Of a DNA stretch of 64,000 nucleotides, positions 19,776 to 29,680 are shown one piece after another; the stretch's first letter is position 1; each line of letters starts with the position of its first letter. This DNA is from Candidatus Latescibacterota bacterium (lineage in GTDB: Bacteria; Latescibacterota; UBA2968; UBA8231), in the NCBI GenBank assembly GCA_963422735.1, contig OY730476.1:4704001-4768000 (forward strand). Direction: 5' to 3'. The position numbers and the translations under genes were made by a program. The notes beneath the pieces are model-generated. The model saw nothing but the letters and a program-made list of their open reading frames with translations. It was not told where the DNA came from and did no database searches.

Positions 19776-22412
19776 CTACTCCTGTCCGGTGCTGGCGAAA
19801 ATGCGAATGAACCCAAGCGAGGTGTTGCGATCCTCGGCCTCGAAGTTTTGCTGCTCTAGCTGAAGGCCCGCATTTAAGGTTAGCTGGTAGCCCAAATAGG
19901 CCGCCGTATTTGAGAACAGAATCGAATAGACGCGGTTGGTAAAGTCCTCGGCAAAACCGACTTGTAGTTCGGCTGGCTGGTCGCGCAAGTTCTCAAACCA
20001 ACTGAACTCTAGACCGAGCGCGATCCAAGTCTGTTCGAGGATCGCATAGCGCGAAATCAAGAACAGGGTTTCCTCTAGCTCGCGTATATTGGCCTGCGAC
20101 CGATCGGTGGGAACTTCGCGCCTGAAGGTGCTCTTCCACTTGGGCCAGATGGTTAGCTGCGGCCCGATGGGAATGGTGTAATCGGCTTTGGTTATTAGCC
20201 CGAAAAAGGAGCGGTCTCGCTTGTCGGCGGCCTGCTCACCCCGCTGGTTGAAAAGCTCGTGTTTGACCTTGGCGGTCGCCCTGAAGTTGCGGATGCGATT
20301 GTAGTTGGCCTGCAAATAGACGCTATTGACGAAAGTGTTTTGGTTGTCGAGCGGATCGGTAAAATCCGTCCGTCCCGTTGGATCGATCCACCGCAGGCGG
20401 TCTTCCGGGATGTTGTCCGACACGAATTTCGCGTGCTCAAAGAGTGCGACCCGCAGGCCCGGGAAGTTCCAGCGCACGGTGAACAAACCGTAGTTGGCCT
20501 TGCTCTTGCGCGCCGAGCTTAGCTGGCGCTCGCTCAAGCGGCCGAGGGTTAGCTGCGCGTCCTCGCTGAGCATCAGGCCGCCGTAGGCATTGTAGCCGCG
20601 GTGATCGCGGTCGTAGGGATAGTCGGGCTGGCGGTCGTCTTCAAAGCGATCGATCAGGGTGTTGTTGTTCATGTCCATGCCGAAGAGAAAGGCCGGAGGA
20701 TCAACCTCGTAGCGCAGGAAAGGCTCGTCGTAGTCGGGTCGCGAGTTGCGGTTTTGGTTAAAGTCGGAGACGAAGTCGTTGTTCTCGTCTAGCCCGGGGA
20801 ACACCTCTAAGTCGGCACCCACCGAGCCGCCCGAAGCACCCACCCCGGTGCCGAATTGGCCGGCCCGCTGCCAGTCTGCAAAGCGGTCTTGGTCGTCGTT
20901 GTCATCGACGAACTCGAAGAGGTGGAAAATCTCGCTGCTGTAATCGATGCCGCCCAGCGAGTTAGCCATGAACGCGGTCGTGCTGTAATCGGGGTCCATT
21001 GTGAACAACTCACCGTAAGCAAACCACGGATAGGTGGTATAAGACGCGGTGATATAACCGGCCTCTCCCTTGTCTTCGGCGAGGGTATGTTGCGCTAGGT
21101 TTTGGTTGGGGAAGCGCCGGAAGCGCCGGTTGCGCACGAATTCGGCGCGCAGGTCTAGCCCGCCGAGGCTCAGAATCTCGAAATCTACCCCGATTACATC
21201 GCTGCCGGTGGGCAGCCCGTACTCAAAGCGCAAAAACCGTTGGTTCGATCCATCGGAGATTTCGCCTTCGGCTTGCGCCACGGGCAAAAAGACTGGGTCG
21301 CCCAAGCGGTCGGTCTGCACGTTGGAAGTAACGTCCACTCGGTAGTCGTTGGCTATAATCAACTCGAACTCGATTTTGCTCGCCTCCTGATAGGTCGGCA
21401 CCTTCTCGGTGGGCCGGAAGCTGTTGCGGATGTCGTAGATCAGTTCGATGTTGTCCACACCTCTGGCCTCTAAGCTGCCGCCGGTGCGGATTCCGCCGCG
21501 GACGATTGGAGTGATTTCTGGGTGAATCTCGCCATCGATCAGCACTCGGTCGAAAAACAGCAGCGCGCCGTCGTCGCTCGACTCGGGCGAATCGTCTGAG
21601 ATCAGGATCGTCACAGTCTCGACGCTGCCCGTGTTCTGCGGCGTGGTCAAGACGCCCTTGAGCGAGTTGTCACCCATGTCGAGGGTGCTCCGCGCGTTGT
21701 GGGCGCTGACCCACGTCGCCCCCACCTTGGCGAAGTCTCCCACTTGGGCCACGCCCCGGCCGCCGAGCAGGCGGGTGGAGTTTTCCACGAGGGCTGCGGC
21801 CTCGGACTGGGTCCCGGCCGGGTTGGCCGGCGAACTGATGCGCGAGCCGAGGAACGTGAATGCGTACTTGTCGGATAGGAAGTCCCACTGGATGCCGTTG
21901 AAGGTCGGCTTGGAGAAGGTCAGTGGGGTCAGGGTAGTGCGAATGGCGTCTCCTACCGTCAGCGCGGTGTGAAATTGGCCCTTGTGGGCAGACGAGATCA
22001 CCACGCGGTCGAACCAACTGCTGTAGCGCGGGCTTTTGAATATCCCACTGCCCTGGCGCAGGGGGTTATTCTCGGTCCAGTCGTAAATCGTCCAGCCGCG
22101 GGCGATGTAGTTGCCGAAGGCATCGTAGTGGCGGTTGCCCTCTAGCTGTATATCGACGTATCGCTCGTATTCGTCGCGGGCGTAGTTGCTGTACTCCCAG
22201 CTCCGCCAGCCGTATTCGTAGAAGAGGTTTTGCGGCAGGTAGAACTTGCGGCGGTTGGGTGCTAAGGCACCGGGGTGGATTCGCACTCCGTAGATCCCGG
22301 GCTCGGCTATGGGACGATAGCCCGTAGTCAACTGAGCTGAAGTGCTGTCCCAGCTTAGCACCAGCAACGCGAGTGCTGCACACATAGCCGATCGGATGCG
22401 AGACAAATACAT
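19776..22412 (-). CDS. Large uncharacterised exported / putative outer-membrane protein (locus A)
   Basis: Signal peptide; Asp-rich Ca-binding-like motifs (DDNDDQD, DENNDFVSD, DMNNNTLID); amphipathic beta strands in the C-terminal part; paralog of 49345-51960. Confidence 0.7.
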   Translation of the reverse strand: MYLSRIRSAMCAALALLVLSWDSTSAQLTTGYRPIAEPGIYGVRIHPGALAPNRRKFYLPQNLFYEYGWRSWEYSNYARDEYERYVDIQLEGNRHYDAFGNYIARGWTIYDWTENNPLRQGSGIFKSPRYSSWFDRVVISSAHKGQFHTALTVGDAIRTTLTPLTFSKPTFNGIQWDFLSDKYAFTFLGSRISSPANPAGTQSEAAALVENSTRLLGGRGVAQVGDFAKVGATWVSAHNARSTLDMGDNSLKGVLTTPQNTGSVETVTILISDDSPESSDDGALLFFDRVLIDGEIHPEITPIVRGGIRTGGSLEARGVDNIELIYDIRNSFRPTEKVPTYQEASKIEFELIIANDYRVDVTSNVQTDRLGDPVFLPVAQAEGEISDGSNQRFLRFEYGLPTGSDVIGVDFEILSLGGLDLRAEFVRNRRFRRFPNQNLAQHTLAEDKGEAGYITASYTTYPWFAYGELFTMDPDYSTTAFMANSLGGIDYSSEIFHLFEFVDDNDDQDRFADWQRAGQFGTGVGASGGSVGADLEVFPGLDENNDFVSDFNQNRNSRPDYDEPFLRYEVDPPAFLFGMDMNNNTLIDRFEDDRQPDYPYDRDHRGYNAYGGLMLSEDAQLTLGRLSERQLSSARKSKANYGLFTVRWNFPGLRVALFEHAKFVSDNIPEDRLRWIDPTGRTDFTDPLDNQNTFVNSVYLQANYNRIRNFRATAKVKHELFNQRGEQAADKRDRSFFGLITKADYTIPIGPQLTIWPKWKSTFRREVPTDRSQANIRELEETLFLISRYAILEQTWIALGLEFSWFENLRDQPAELQVGFAEDFTNRVYSILFSNTAAYLGYQLTLNAGLQLEQQNFEAEDRNTSLGFIRIFASTGQE

Positions 22413-22488
22413 GAGATACCCCTCCCTCAAGAGGCTTGGCCGATGAACGATATAGCGACCGAATGAGCTATTTGAAATGGTCTAAAAC

Positions 22489-23034
22489 TCAGTGTTCAAT
22501 CAATTCCGCTAACGGCAAAACCATCTCCGTCAGTTTCCAACGTATGCCTCTGCGTCGAAAGACCAACTTCACGTCTTTACTCAAGGAGTCATCTCTCTTA
22601 ACAATTACTGAGAATTTACTAAATGACTCGTAAGACGTGGAAGTATTTGCAAGCGGTTTGTAGTCGTTGGATCTTTTTGTATGGATATTGATAGATCCCG
22701 GGTTTGGCTTTTCACCCTTCATTAGTTCCGTTATGCTCGCCGGCGTAACGTACATGTCAACTATCTTTTCAATCATCATTCCTCCCAAAACCGTCCCAAA
22801 AGCAGCAAACGGATTGTCATCGGCTTGTTTAGCCATCTCCTTCCCAACTACCACATTCATCTGATCTTTCAGGCTTTGTCGCAGTGCCAAAAAGTCAATG
22901 TGTTCAGATAGTGCTGCGCCGTCTTGGTTCTCGGCAGCACTCTTTATTTTATGTAGAGTCAGATAGGGGCCGATGAAGATAAATCCGATTGTTAGGAACG
23001 CGATTATTCCAAGGCCAATCCCTGTCTTCTTCAT
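22489..23034 (-). CDS. DUF2939 domain protein (AT-rich insertion)
   Basis: PYLTLHKIKSAAENQD...IDFLALRQSLKDQ...VDMYVTP...RRGIRWKLTE; visibly lower GC than its neighbours. Confidence 0.75.
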   Translation of the reverse strand: MKKTGIGLGIIAFLTIGFIFIGPYLTLHKIKSAAENQDGAALSEHIDFLALRQSLKDQMNVVVGKEMAKQADDNPFAAFGTVLGGMMIEKIVDMYVTPASITELMKGEKPNPGSINIHTKRSNDYKPLANTSTSYESFSKFSVIVKRDDSLSKDVKLVFRRRGIRWKLTEMVLPLAELIEH

Positions 23035-23070
23035 CTTTCTCTTTTCTACGCCGCCGGACGCGGACGATAC

Positions 23071-25365
23071 TTAGTATGCTACGTTGATGATCTGCGCCCA
23101 GTTTTGGACTTCGGCTTGGGCGTCAATTTGGATGCGGCACACGTAAATCCCCGGGGGCACGCGCCGGCCCTCGTCGTCTTTGCCATTCCACTCATAGACG
23201 AGGAAGCCGTCGCTTTTGCGGCCGCCCGCCAACGAGCCGACCTGCCGCCCGTCGAGTGCATAGATATCGACCGCTACCGGGGCGTCTGCCTTTAATACCG
23301 CGAAGCGAATCTCAGCTTGGTCGCCGATTCCGTCGCCGTTGGGCGTGAGGACCTTGGGCGAAATGGCGACTTTGTCGAGCAGGTTCTCGGACGCGGGCAC
23401 TTCGGGCAGAAATACCGTGGTGGCCGCCCGCCCAGCCGGATCGACTTGCTGCCAGAACGCCATCTCGTCGGTGTGGCCGACGAAGGCAGAAAAGAGATAG
23501 GGATTGGCGAATACGTTGACCTGCAGGTCAATTTCGACCTTTTGCCGCCGGACGACTTGCGGCAGTTCCACTACTAGCGAGTCGGGCAACAGCGCTAGGG
23601 AGACCGGCTCGACCTCGGCACCGGCGACGCGGATGACCACGCTCTCGGCGGCCGCCTGCGACGGAGTATCTAGCCGCAGGCGGTTAAAACCCTTGTCGCC
23701 AGATTGGAAGTCCGGCTGCAACACGTACGTAAAGTTTTCCGGCTGGCCCACTTGGGCCTCGTTTGGGGCGACCTCACCGAGCGCCCCGTTGAGGAACGAA
23801 TCCGTGAAGTTGAGCCGCAGCCCATTTAGGGTGGGGGCCACGTCTGGGCTGTCCGATTTGAGCAGCACCCTGAACTGCACGTAGCGCCTTGGGCTGGGCG
23901 AGAGAAATTCCTGGCCGGAAAACAGGTACGTATTGCTCCAGCCGCTCCAATCGTCGCTCGGCCGAATGTAGGGCACGATGTCGCCCTTCCACCGCTTCTT
24001 CAAGGCGTTGTATTCGTCCTCGGTTACTTCGTGGCCCTTGCGGTGGTAGTACGCATTGCCCTCATCGAGACCACTGCCCGAGCGCGTCTGCGCCAAAATT
24101 TGCGTTCCTATGGGCAGGTCGGCGTCCCATTCGAGGGTGCGGAAAACCTTGGGGCTGTCGTCTATCTTGAGGAAGTCCGAGCGCAATTCCACTTCGGCTA
24201 CATAGCCGGTGGGTACGACGACGGCTTCGGCCATGGCGCCGCTGCTGCTGCCCCCGAAGATCATTTCGAGATGGCGCAGGGGCCGGTACGGGTGCATGAG
24301 ATAGGTGATCGGTTCGGGGTTGTTCCAATCACTTGGTGTGGGGAAGTCGAAGAGTATGTCGAAGTCGATGTCGCCGGAGGGCTTGAGCTCGCCTGTCGAT
24401 CCCAGTAGCCGGTGGCGCAAGATGCGCGGTCGCCCCCAAGTGGTAGTCTCCTGAAACGCGACGAAGATGACGCGGTTTATCCAAAAGACCGCGCCTAGAT
24501 CCCAGCGCCACTGGGCGATAAACTGGCCGGTCTCGCTCCAGTTGAGTTCCTCCCAGAAGGTGTTGACATTGCCGTCGATCATCTGCGGGGCGCGTTCCTT
24601 GCCCTGATCGTCGATTATCCCGCCCCGCGCCACGGTCCCTTGAGCGATATTTTGCCCAAACGAGATGACCTCGACTTCTGCGAGGGCCGCGCCCTCGCTC
24701 TTGCGGTCGGCTATGATGCGGATGTATTGGGTGGGAGCGAAAGACGTGGGGATGTCAGTGTCTTCAGCGGGTTGGCCAAAGCTCAGCACCTGTTTGGTCG
24801 CCTCGCCAAAGGCCACTCGATACGACAAGAGCGTCTCTTCGTTGCGCTTGGTCGTGCCGCCGATGAGGTTGAAGAGAAAGACGTCGTCGGTGATTGATTG
24901 GAACTTACCATCCGAGCCAAAGACCCGGAGTGCCCGCAGCGGGCGCGCCCCTTCCTCATCGGGGAAGTGCAGGCGCACTTCCTTGACGGCCACCATCCTG
25001 CCCAAGTTGATTTCGATCCACCAAGTGTCGATCGGATCGTCTTGGTTGGGTTTCCAGTAGGTGGTGGTGTCGTCGTCGATGATCAGGTGGGCATCGGCCG
25101 CGTTGGACCCGGCCTTCCAGACCCCGCCGCGTTGCTCGCCGGCCTTTTTTAGCTCGTGCGTGAACAGAGGGGAACTCGGCGCGGCGTTGAAGGGCTGCTT
25201 GAACCGCACCGGCTTGATCGACCCGTCTGCTCGCAGGTCGAGGGTGCCGTGCGGGAAGGTCCACGTCTCCCACTGCGCCTTGGTGTTTACTTCAAAGACC
25301 CCTTGAGAATGGGCAAAACTCGCTGGCAAAACCAGCGTCAGCAAACTAAGCCATAGTCGGTTCAC
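23071..25365 (-). CDS. Secreted discoidin-like protein with FlgD-Ig / T9SS-type-B-like CTD (long type)
   Basis: IEINLGR, WDLGAVFWI, DWSGWS..Y, SPSPRRYVQF, LTPNGDGIGD...WNG...PPGIY...NVAY*. Confidence 0.75.
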   Translation of the reverse strand: MNRLWLSLLTLVLPASFAHSQGVFEVNTKAQWETWTFPHGTLDLRADGSIKPVRFKQPFNAAPSSPLFTHELKKAGEQRGGVWKAGSNAADAHLIIDDDTTTYWKPNQDDPIDTWWIEINLGRMVAVKEVRLHFPDEEGARPLRALRVFGSDGKFQSITDDVFLFNLIGGTTKRNEETLLSYRVAFGEATKQVLSFGQPAEDTDIPTSFAPTQYIRIIADRKSEGAALAEVEVISFGQNIAQGTVARGGIIDDQGKERAPQMIDGNVNTFWEELNWSETGQFIAQWRWDLGAVFWINRVIFVAFQETTTWGRPRILRHRLLGSTGELKPSGDIDFDILFDFPTPSDWNNPEPITYLMHPYRPLRHLEMIFGGSSSGAMAEAVVVPTGYVAEVELRSDFLKIDDSPKVFRTLEWDADLPIGTQILAQTRSGSGLDEGNAYYHRKGHEVTEDEYNALKKRWKGDIVPYIRPSDDWSGWSNTYLFSGQEFLSPSPRRYVQFRVLLKSDSPDVAPTLNGLRLNFTDSFLNGALGEVAPNEAQVGQPENFTYVLQPDFQSGDKGFNRLRLDTPSQAAAESVVIRVAGAEVEPVSLALLPDSLVVELPQVVRRQKVEIDLQVNVFANPYLFSAFVGHTDEMAFWQQVDPAGRAATTVFLPEVPASENLLDKVAISPKVLTPNGDGIGDQAEIRFAVLKADAPVAVDIYALDGRQVGSLAGGRKSDGFLVYEWNGKDDEGRRVPPGIYVCRIQIDAQAEVQNWAQIINVAY

Positions 25366-25381
25366 GGCTACCGCTCCTTTC

Positions 25382-27343
25382 TCAATATGCCACACCCATG
25401 CTGCTAGAGCGCACGAACGTCTCGCGCTCAGTGTGGACTTGGACCACGGCGAGGTACAGCCCCGGCGGGACTACCTGCCCTTGGTCGTCGCGCCCGTCCC
25501 AAGCCACCGCATAGGCACCACTGGTGCTTTCGGCTTCGAGGACGGTATGCACTGGGCGCCCGGCCAAATCGAAAATTTCAACTGCGACTGCGACCGGCTT
25601 TACCAACTGCAAAAGGCTGTAGATCAGCTCTACTTGGTCGTTGATGCCGTCCCCATTGGGGGTGAAGACCGAACTGCTCACCGCCAAGGAGGACACCAAT
25701 TGGCTAGCCGAAGCGGCCGTTGTCAGCACTCGCAGAGCATTGGTCAGCACTTCTGGGTTGGCGTCCCCGGGCTGCACCCGCTGCGGTACGCCGCCATCCT
25801 CAGCTTGAGAGTCGAAGACCTCGGCCTCGACCGAGGTCCCTTGGATGAAAATCTGCGCGTCGAACACGGCGCGCATTCGGTGAATGCCGGCTTCCGGCCG
25901 CTGCGAGGAAAAGAAGATGGTCAGGCTGCCCGGATCCACCTTCACGTTGTCAGGTGTGACCTCGGTCCCGTCTTCTCCAGTGAAGAACTGCTGAAATACC
26001 GGCGTCGATTGGGGTGTAAGGATACGCAGGGCGTCAAAACCCGTATCTGCTTCCTCGATTTGGGCCACGACATCGTAGGCAAAAGTCGTAAAGTCTCCGG
26101 CGGTCACAATGGGCACGTCGCCGGGGGGACGGGGGATGTCTAACTGGGAAATCTCGGCCACCAAAACCTGGGCCACTGGCGGGATCGTGTGTTCGACGCT
26201 CAGCGATGTGAGCCGCAGGCCGTCGAGGATCGCGCTGCTTTCGATCCGCACCTCAAACTGGAAGTAGCGCCGTGGGCTGGGTAGCTGGATGGGCTGGCCG
26301 GACTCGGTGAAGGGGGCCGACCACAGGCTCCAGTTGACTTGGTCGTCGTCAACCGGGCCGCGCACACCCTCGTCGAGGGCCTTGTACTCGTCTTCGGTGA
26401 CGACCTGCCGCTCGCGGGTAAAGAGGTCGGTGTACTCGTAATAGACCCAGGGGTTATCGTCTAGGCCGGTGCGCATCACCACCGTCAAATCGGCGTCGGC
26501 GGCTGGCTCGACGACCAGCTCGTCGTCGCTCTGGCGCAACTTTTCTAACGTCCATTCCATGCGGCTGAAATTGGCCGGCTCCCCGAGGTCAATTACCTGT
26601 GATAGATAGGAACCAGCCGGCGCAAACCCCGTGCCGAAGAGCTGGAATTCGGCCAGTTCAAAAGGACTGGCCGAGGTGACTTCTAGTTCGATATAGCGGA
26701 CAAATTGCAGGGGAAAGTCGATCTGGGTCGTGTTCTCGCGGGTAAAGTCAACGCGCTTGATGGGGGCGTAGATCGGCTCGTCTCGCTCATTGAAGCTGGC
26801 GCCGTCGTTGACCTTGAGCACAAAGCCGCGGATGTAGTCTTCGCTGAACGGCCGCCCCTCCGAGCTGAGGCCCTCCAAGCGCGGAAAAAACGCGATCCGA
26901 TTGGCGGGAAAGCGGGTCCCCAAATCAAAGAAAAACTTGGTGCCGTCTTGGGCGATGCCAAAGCGCTTAAACGCGAGATGGGTGGAGGTGGTGTCGATGC
27001 CATCGACGATCTCCAAGAGGGGGCGTACGACCGCTATATTGTCCCAGATCAGTGCTCGGGCGCGCTCCTCCACGTAGTTAGGGGGAAATCCATCGACCCA
27101 GCTCAGGCTCGGAATGACGTTGTCCTCAGAGGTAAAGGCCACGAGCTGGATGGTGCCTGGCACGTCGAAACTCATCGCGGTGGAAAGCAGCTCATGCTCT
27201 CGCCAAGCGGCCCCTTCGTCCCCGCCCACCGTCCACTGGCGGACTTCCGCCGCCGCCGGCTGTGGGGCGAGGACTACAGCGGCTATGTACAGTGCCGCAA
27301 GGCGAGAAATTGTCGTGCGCAAGCCCATCGGTTGAAACTCCAT
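25382..27343 (-). CDS. Secreted discoidin-like protein with FlgD-Ig-like CTD (short type)
   Basis: FDLGTRFP, YLSQVIDLG, WSLWSAP, PSPRRYFQF, FTPNGDGIND...WDG...PPGLY...GVAY*. Confidence 0.75.
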   Translation of the reverse strand: MEFQPMGLRTTISRLAALYIAAVVLAPQPAAAEVRQWTVGGDEGAAWREHELLSTAMSFDVPGTIQLVAFTSEDNVIPSLSWVDGFPPNYVEERARALIWDNIAVVRPLLEIVDGIDTTSTHLAFKRFGIAQDGTKFFFDLGTRFPANRIAFFPRLEGLSSEGRPFSEDYIRGFVLKVNDGASFNERDEPIYAPIKRVDFTRENTTQIDFPLQFVRYIELEVTSASPFELAEFQLFGTGFAPAGSYLSQVIDLGEPANFSRMEWTLEKLRQSDDELVVEPAADADLTVVMRTGLDDNPWVYYEYTDLFTRERQVVTEDEYKALDEGVRGPVDDDQVNWSLWSAPFTESGQPIQLPSPRRYFQFEVRIESSAILDGLRLTSLSVEHTIPPVAQVLVAEISQLDIPRPPGDVPIVTAGDFTTFAYDVVAQIEEADTGFDALRILTPQSTPVFQQFFTGEDGTEVTPDNVKVDPGSLTIFFSSQRPEAGIHRMRAVFDAQIFIQGTSVEAEVFDSQAEDGGVPQRVQPGDANPEVLTNALRVLTTAASASQLVSSLAVSSSVFTPNGDGINDQVELIYSLLQLVKPVAVAVEIFDLAGRPVHTVLEAESTSGAYAVAWDGRDDQGQVVPPGLYLAVVQVHTERETFVRSSSMGVAY

Positions 27344-27345
27344 GC

Positions 27346-29397
27346 TTAGTAAGCTACGGCCACCGCCCCGAAGCGCACCACTCGGCCTCGGTCGGTGTTG
27401 GCCCCAATACGCGCTAGATACACGCCTGGCGCTACGAGTTGATTGACCTCGTCGCGGCCATCCCATTGCAGCGCGTGATGCCCAGCACCCTGTACCCCAC
27501 CCGATAGGCTCCGCACCCGCTGCCCGGCCAAAGTCAGTAGCTCGACGTCCACTTCGACCGCATCGAGTACGCTGAACAAGGTGTATTCAATGGCTACTTG
27601 GTCGTTGATGGCGTCGCCTTGGGGCGTGAAGACCGCGGGCGTGATCACCACTTCGGACAGCACGGATTCAAGCGAACCAGAATTGACTAATACCCGCAAC
27701 TGGTCGGTGCCTAATTCGTCGCTGGCATCGCCGCCTTCAACGCTTTGGGGCAGCGAGTCACCCTGCCGTGTAAAGACTTCGGCGCGCAACTGGTCGGAGG
27801 CACCGTACACGGTCGTCTCTAGCCGCAACCTAAGCTCGTCGCTGGTGTCCGGCCCGATCGTCTGCGGCAAATAGATCGCCAAGTCGCTCCCTTCGTCGAC
27901 GATGCTGTCCGGCTCCACGGTTGCCAGCGGCTCGCCCATCTCTAGACCCAGCACCCGGCCTGTAGAGGGCAAGCCCAACCGCACCGCGTCAAACCCCTGC
28001 TGGCCGGCGTCGGAAAACTCGGCGCGCAAGTCGAGGATGAACTCGGTCTGCGCACCCGCGGGCACTTGTGGCACTTTGCCGTCGGGGCGCAATTGGTCAA
28101 CCGCAGCAACCTCGCCCACGATCCGGTCGGCCAAAAGCGGAGAGGTCTCGATAGTAACCCAATCGAGGCGGGCGAATTCCCACAAGGCTTCGGTTTCTAG
28201 CTGGATGTGTAGCTGAATATAGCGCCCCTTGGGTACGCGGGGCCGCTGCCCCGGAACCCGGATCGGCGGCGACCAGAAGCTCCAACTGTTTATATCGTCG
28301 GCGATGACGCCCTGCCAACCCACGGCCGGCGGATCCCACGGCCACACGCGCGGCTTGAGCTTAGCGTAGACATCCTTTTCCACTTCCACGGGCTGGGCCA
28401 AGTCGTTGTACGAGTGATAGGCGATGGGGCCGTCGTCCATCCCGGTCTTGATCTCGATGTTGACTCCGGCTTTGGCGCCGGGAGATTCGACCAATTGATC
28501 TTTGTCGCGCCGCCAGATACTCAAGCCGAAGTTCACCTCGCCGATATTGATCAAATCGCCCATGTCGATCACCTGCGACAGCCAGCGCGCCCGGGGGACG
28601 AAACCGCGGCCGTACACTTCCAGCTCGGCCAACGCGTAGCGCGTGAACTTGGGTGGGGCGTCTGGAAGCACCCGCATGCGGAAGAAGCGCAGATATTGGA
28701 GCGGAAAGTCGATCGCAATAACGGCGTCGAAGTTTTGGTCCACCTTGGCCAACAATTGATCCAGCGGCAGGTAGTAGTCCGTCTCTTGCGTGCCGGCGAC
28801 ACCCGAGCGAAATTGCGGGGGCAGTTGGCTTTCGACGGCCACCTTGTCGTTGGTGGCTGTCAGCTCGTAGGCTTCGAATTTGTAGTTGGGTCGGTACGGT
28901 TCTTGGAAGAAGGGGTCGTTGCCCTCAGGCGGCACCAACTTGAAGTGGTCGGCGGGAATCTGCATGCCCATGTCGAGCGTATAGAACTCGCCCCAAATGC
29001 CCCCTAGTCCGCCGCTGCCCTGAAAGTCGCGCCCCTCGTAAAAAGTGTTGAGATTCCCGTCGATAAATTCCATCGGGTTGGAGACGTGGCCAGGCCGGGA
29101 GACGTCGCCGATTGCCCGCCAGATGCGGGGCATCCCCTCTTGGTAGTTGATGTCGATTGGCTGCCGGTAGCGCGTCCAGTGGCGTAGCTGGGTCACTACA
29201 TTGACATCGGGCTTGAGTTCCAGCGGTTGGAGTGCGCCAGGGGCCGTGGTGTTATCGGCCATTAGGTTGATCAGCGTCTGCTCTTCCCAATCGAGGCCAT
29301 CCGCGCCGCCGAGGCGGAATTGCGACACTTGCGCTCCAACCGCACAGACTTGGGCTACGGCCATGTACATTGCGGCCAAATAGAGCTTGTATTTCAT
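27346..29397 (-). CDS. Secreted discoidin-like protein with FlgD-Ig-like CTD (short type)
   Basis: AGGAGG RBS; LDMGMQIP, SQVIDMG, WSFWSPP, FTPQGDAIND...WDG...APGVY...AVAY*. Confidence 0.75.
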   Translation of the reverse strand: MKYKLYLAAMYMAVAQVCAVGAQVSQFRLGGADGLDWEEQTLINLMADNTTAPGALQPLELKPDVNVVTQLRHWTRYRQPIDINYQEGMPRIWRAIGDVSRPGHVSNPMEFIDGNLNTFYEGRDFQGSGGLGGIWGEFYTLDMGMQIPADHFKLVPPEGNDPFFQEPYRPNYKFEAYELTATNDKVAVESQLPPQFRSGVAGTQETDYYLPLDQLLAKVDQNFDAVIAIDFPLQYLRFFRMRVLPDAPPKFTRYALAELEVYGRGFVPRARWLSQVIDMGDLINIGEVNFGLSIWRRDKDQLVESPGAKAGVNIEIKTGMDDGPIAYHSYNDLAQPVEVEKDVYAKLKPRVWPWDPPAVGWQGVIADDINSWSFWSPPIRVPGQRPRVPKGRYIQLHIQLETEALWEFARLDWVTIETSPLLADRIVGEVAAVDQLRPDGKVPQVPAGAQTEFILDLRAEFSDAGQQGFDAVRLGLPSTGRVLGLEMGEPLATVEPDSIVDEGSDLAIYLPQTIGPDTSDELRLRLETTVYGASDQLRAEVFTRQGDSLPQSVEGGDASDELGTDQLRVLVNSGSLESVLSEVVITPAVFTPQGDAINDQVAIEYTLFSVLDAVEVDVELLTLAGQRVRSLSGGVQGAGHHALQWDGRDEVNQLVAPGVYLARIGANTDRGRVVRFGAVAVAY

Positions 29398-29463
29398 GCC
29401 GGCCACCTCCTAAAACAGAAACGCTGCACGGCGAATATAACACAAAATAGCAGGTGCCTGTCA

Positions 29464-29680
29464 AATTATTAACTGATGGTACGCAGCTTTTATCCTGCCT
29501 GCGCTTCACCGCGCCGCAAGGCGTGACAAGCAGGCATCCAGCGTACCTCTCGGCGGTTCGGCGGAGTGCGCGGAAATGACGATTGAAGCTGGACCCTCGC
29601 CTCCGGCATAACCGCTGGATGACAATGGGGGCGGTAGGAAGCCGCAGACGATAACGACTGCGTAACGTCAGTTATTAAAT
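29464..29680. mobile_element. MITE/REPIN-like structured non-coding element
   Basis: Imperfect 23-bp terminal inverted repeats (AATTATTAACTGATGGTACGCAG / CTGCGTAACGTCAGTTATTAAAT) around nested hairpins. Confidence 0.5.

Noticed and set aside
29464-29680. tRNA (including tRNA-Sec), SRP RNA or a known riboswitch
   Set aside because: No cloverleaf, T-loop or recognisable conserved riboswitch core; terminal inverted repeats fit a MITE-like element better
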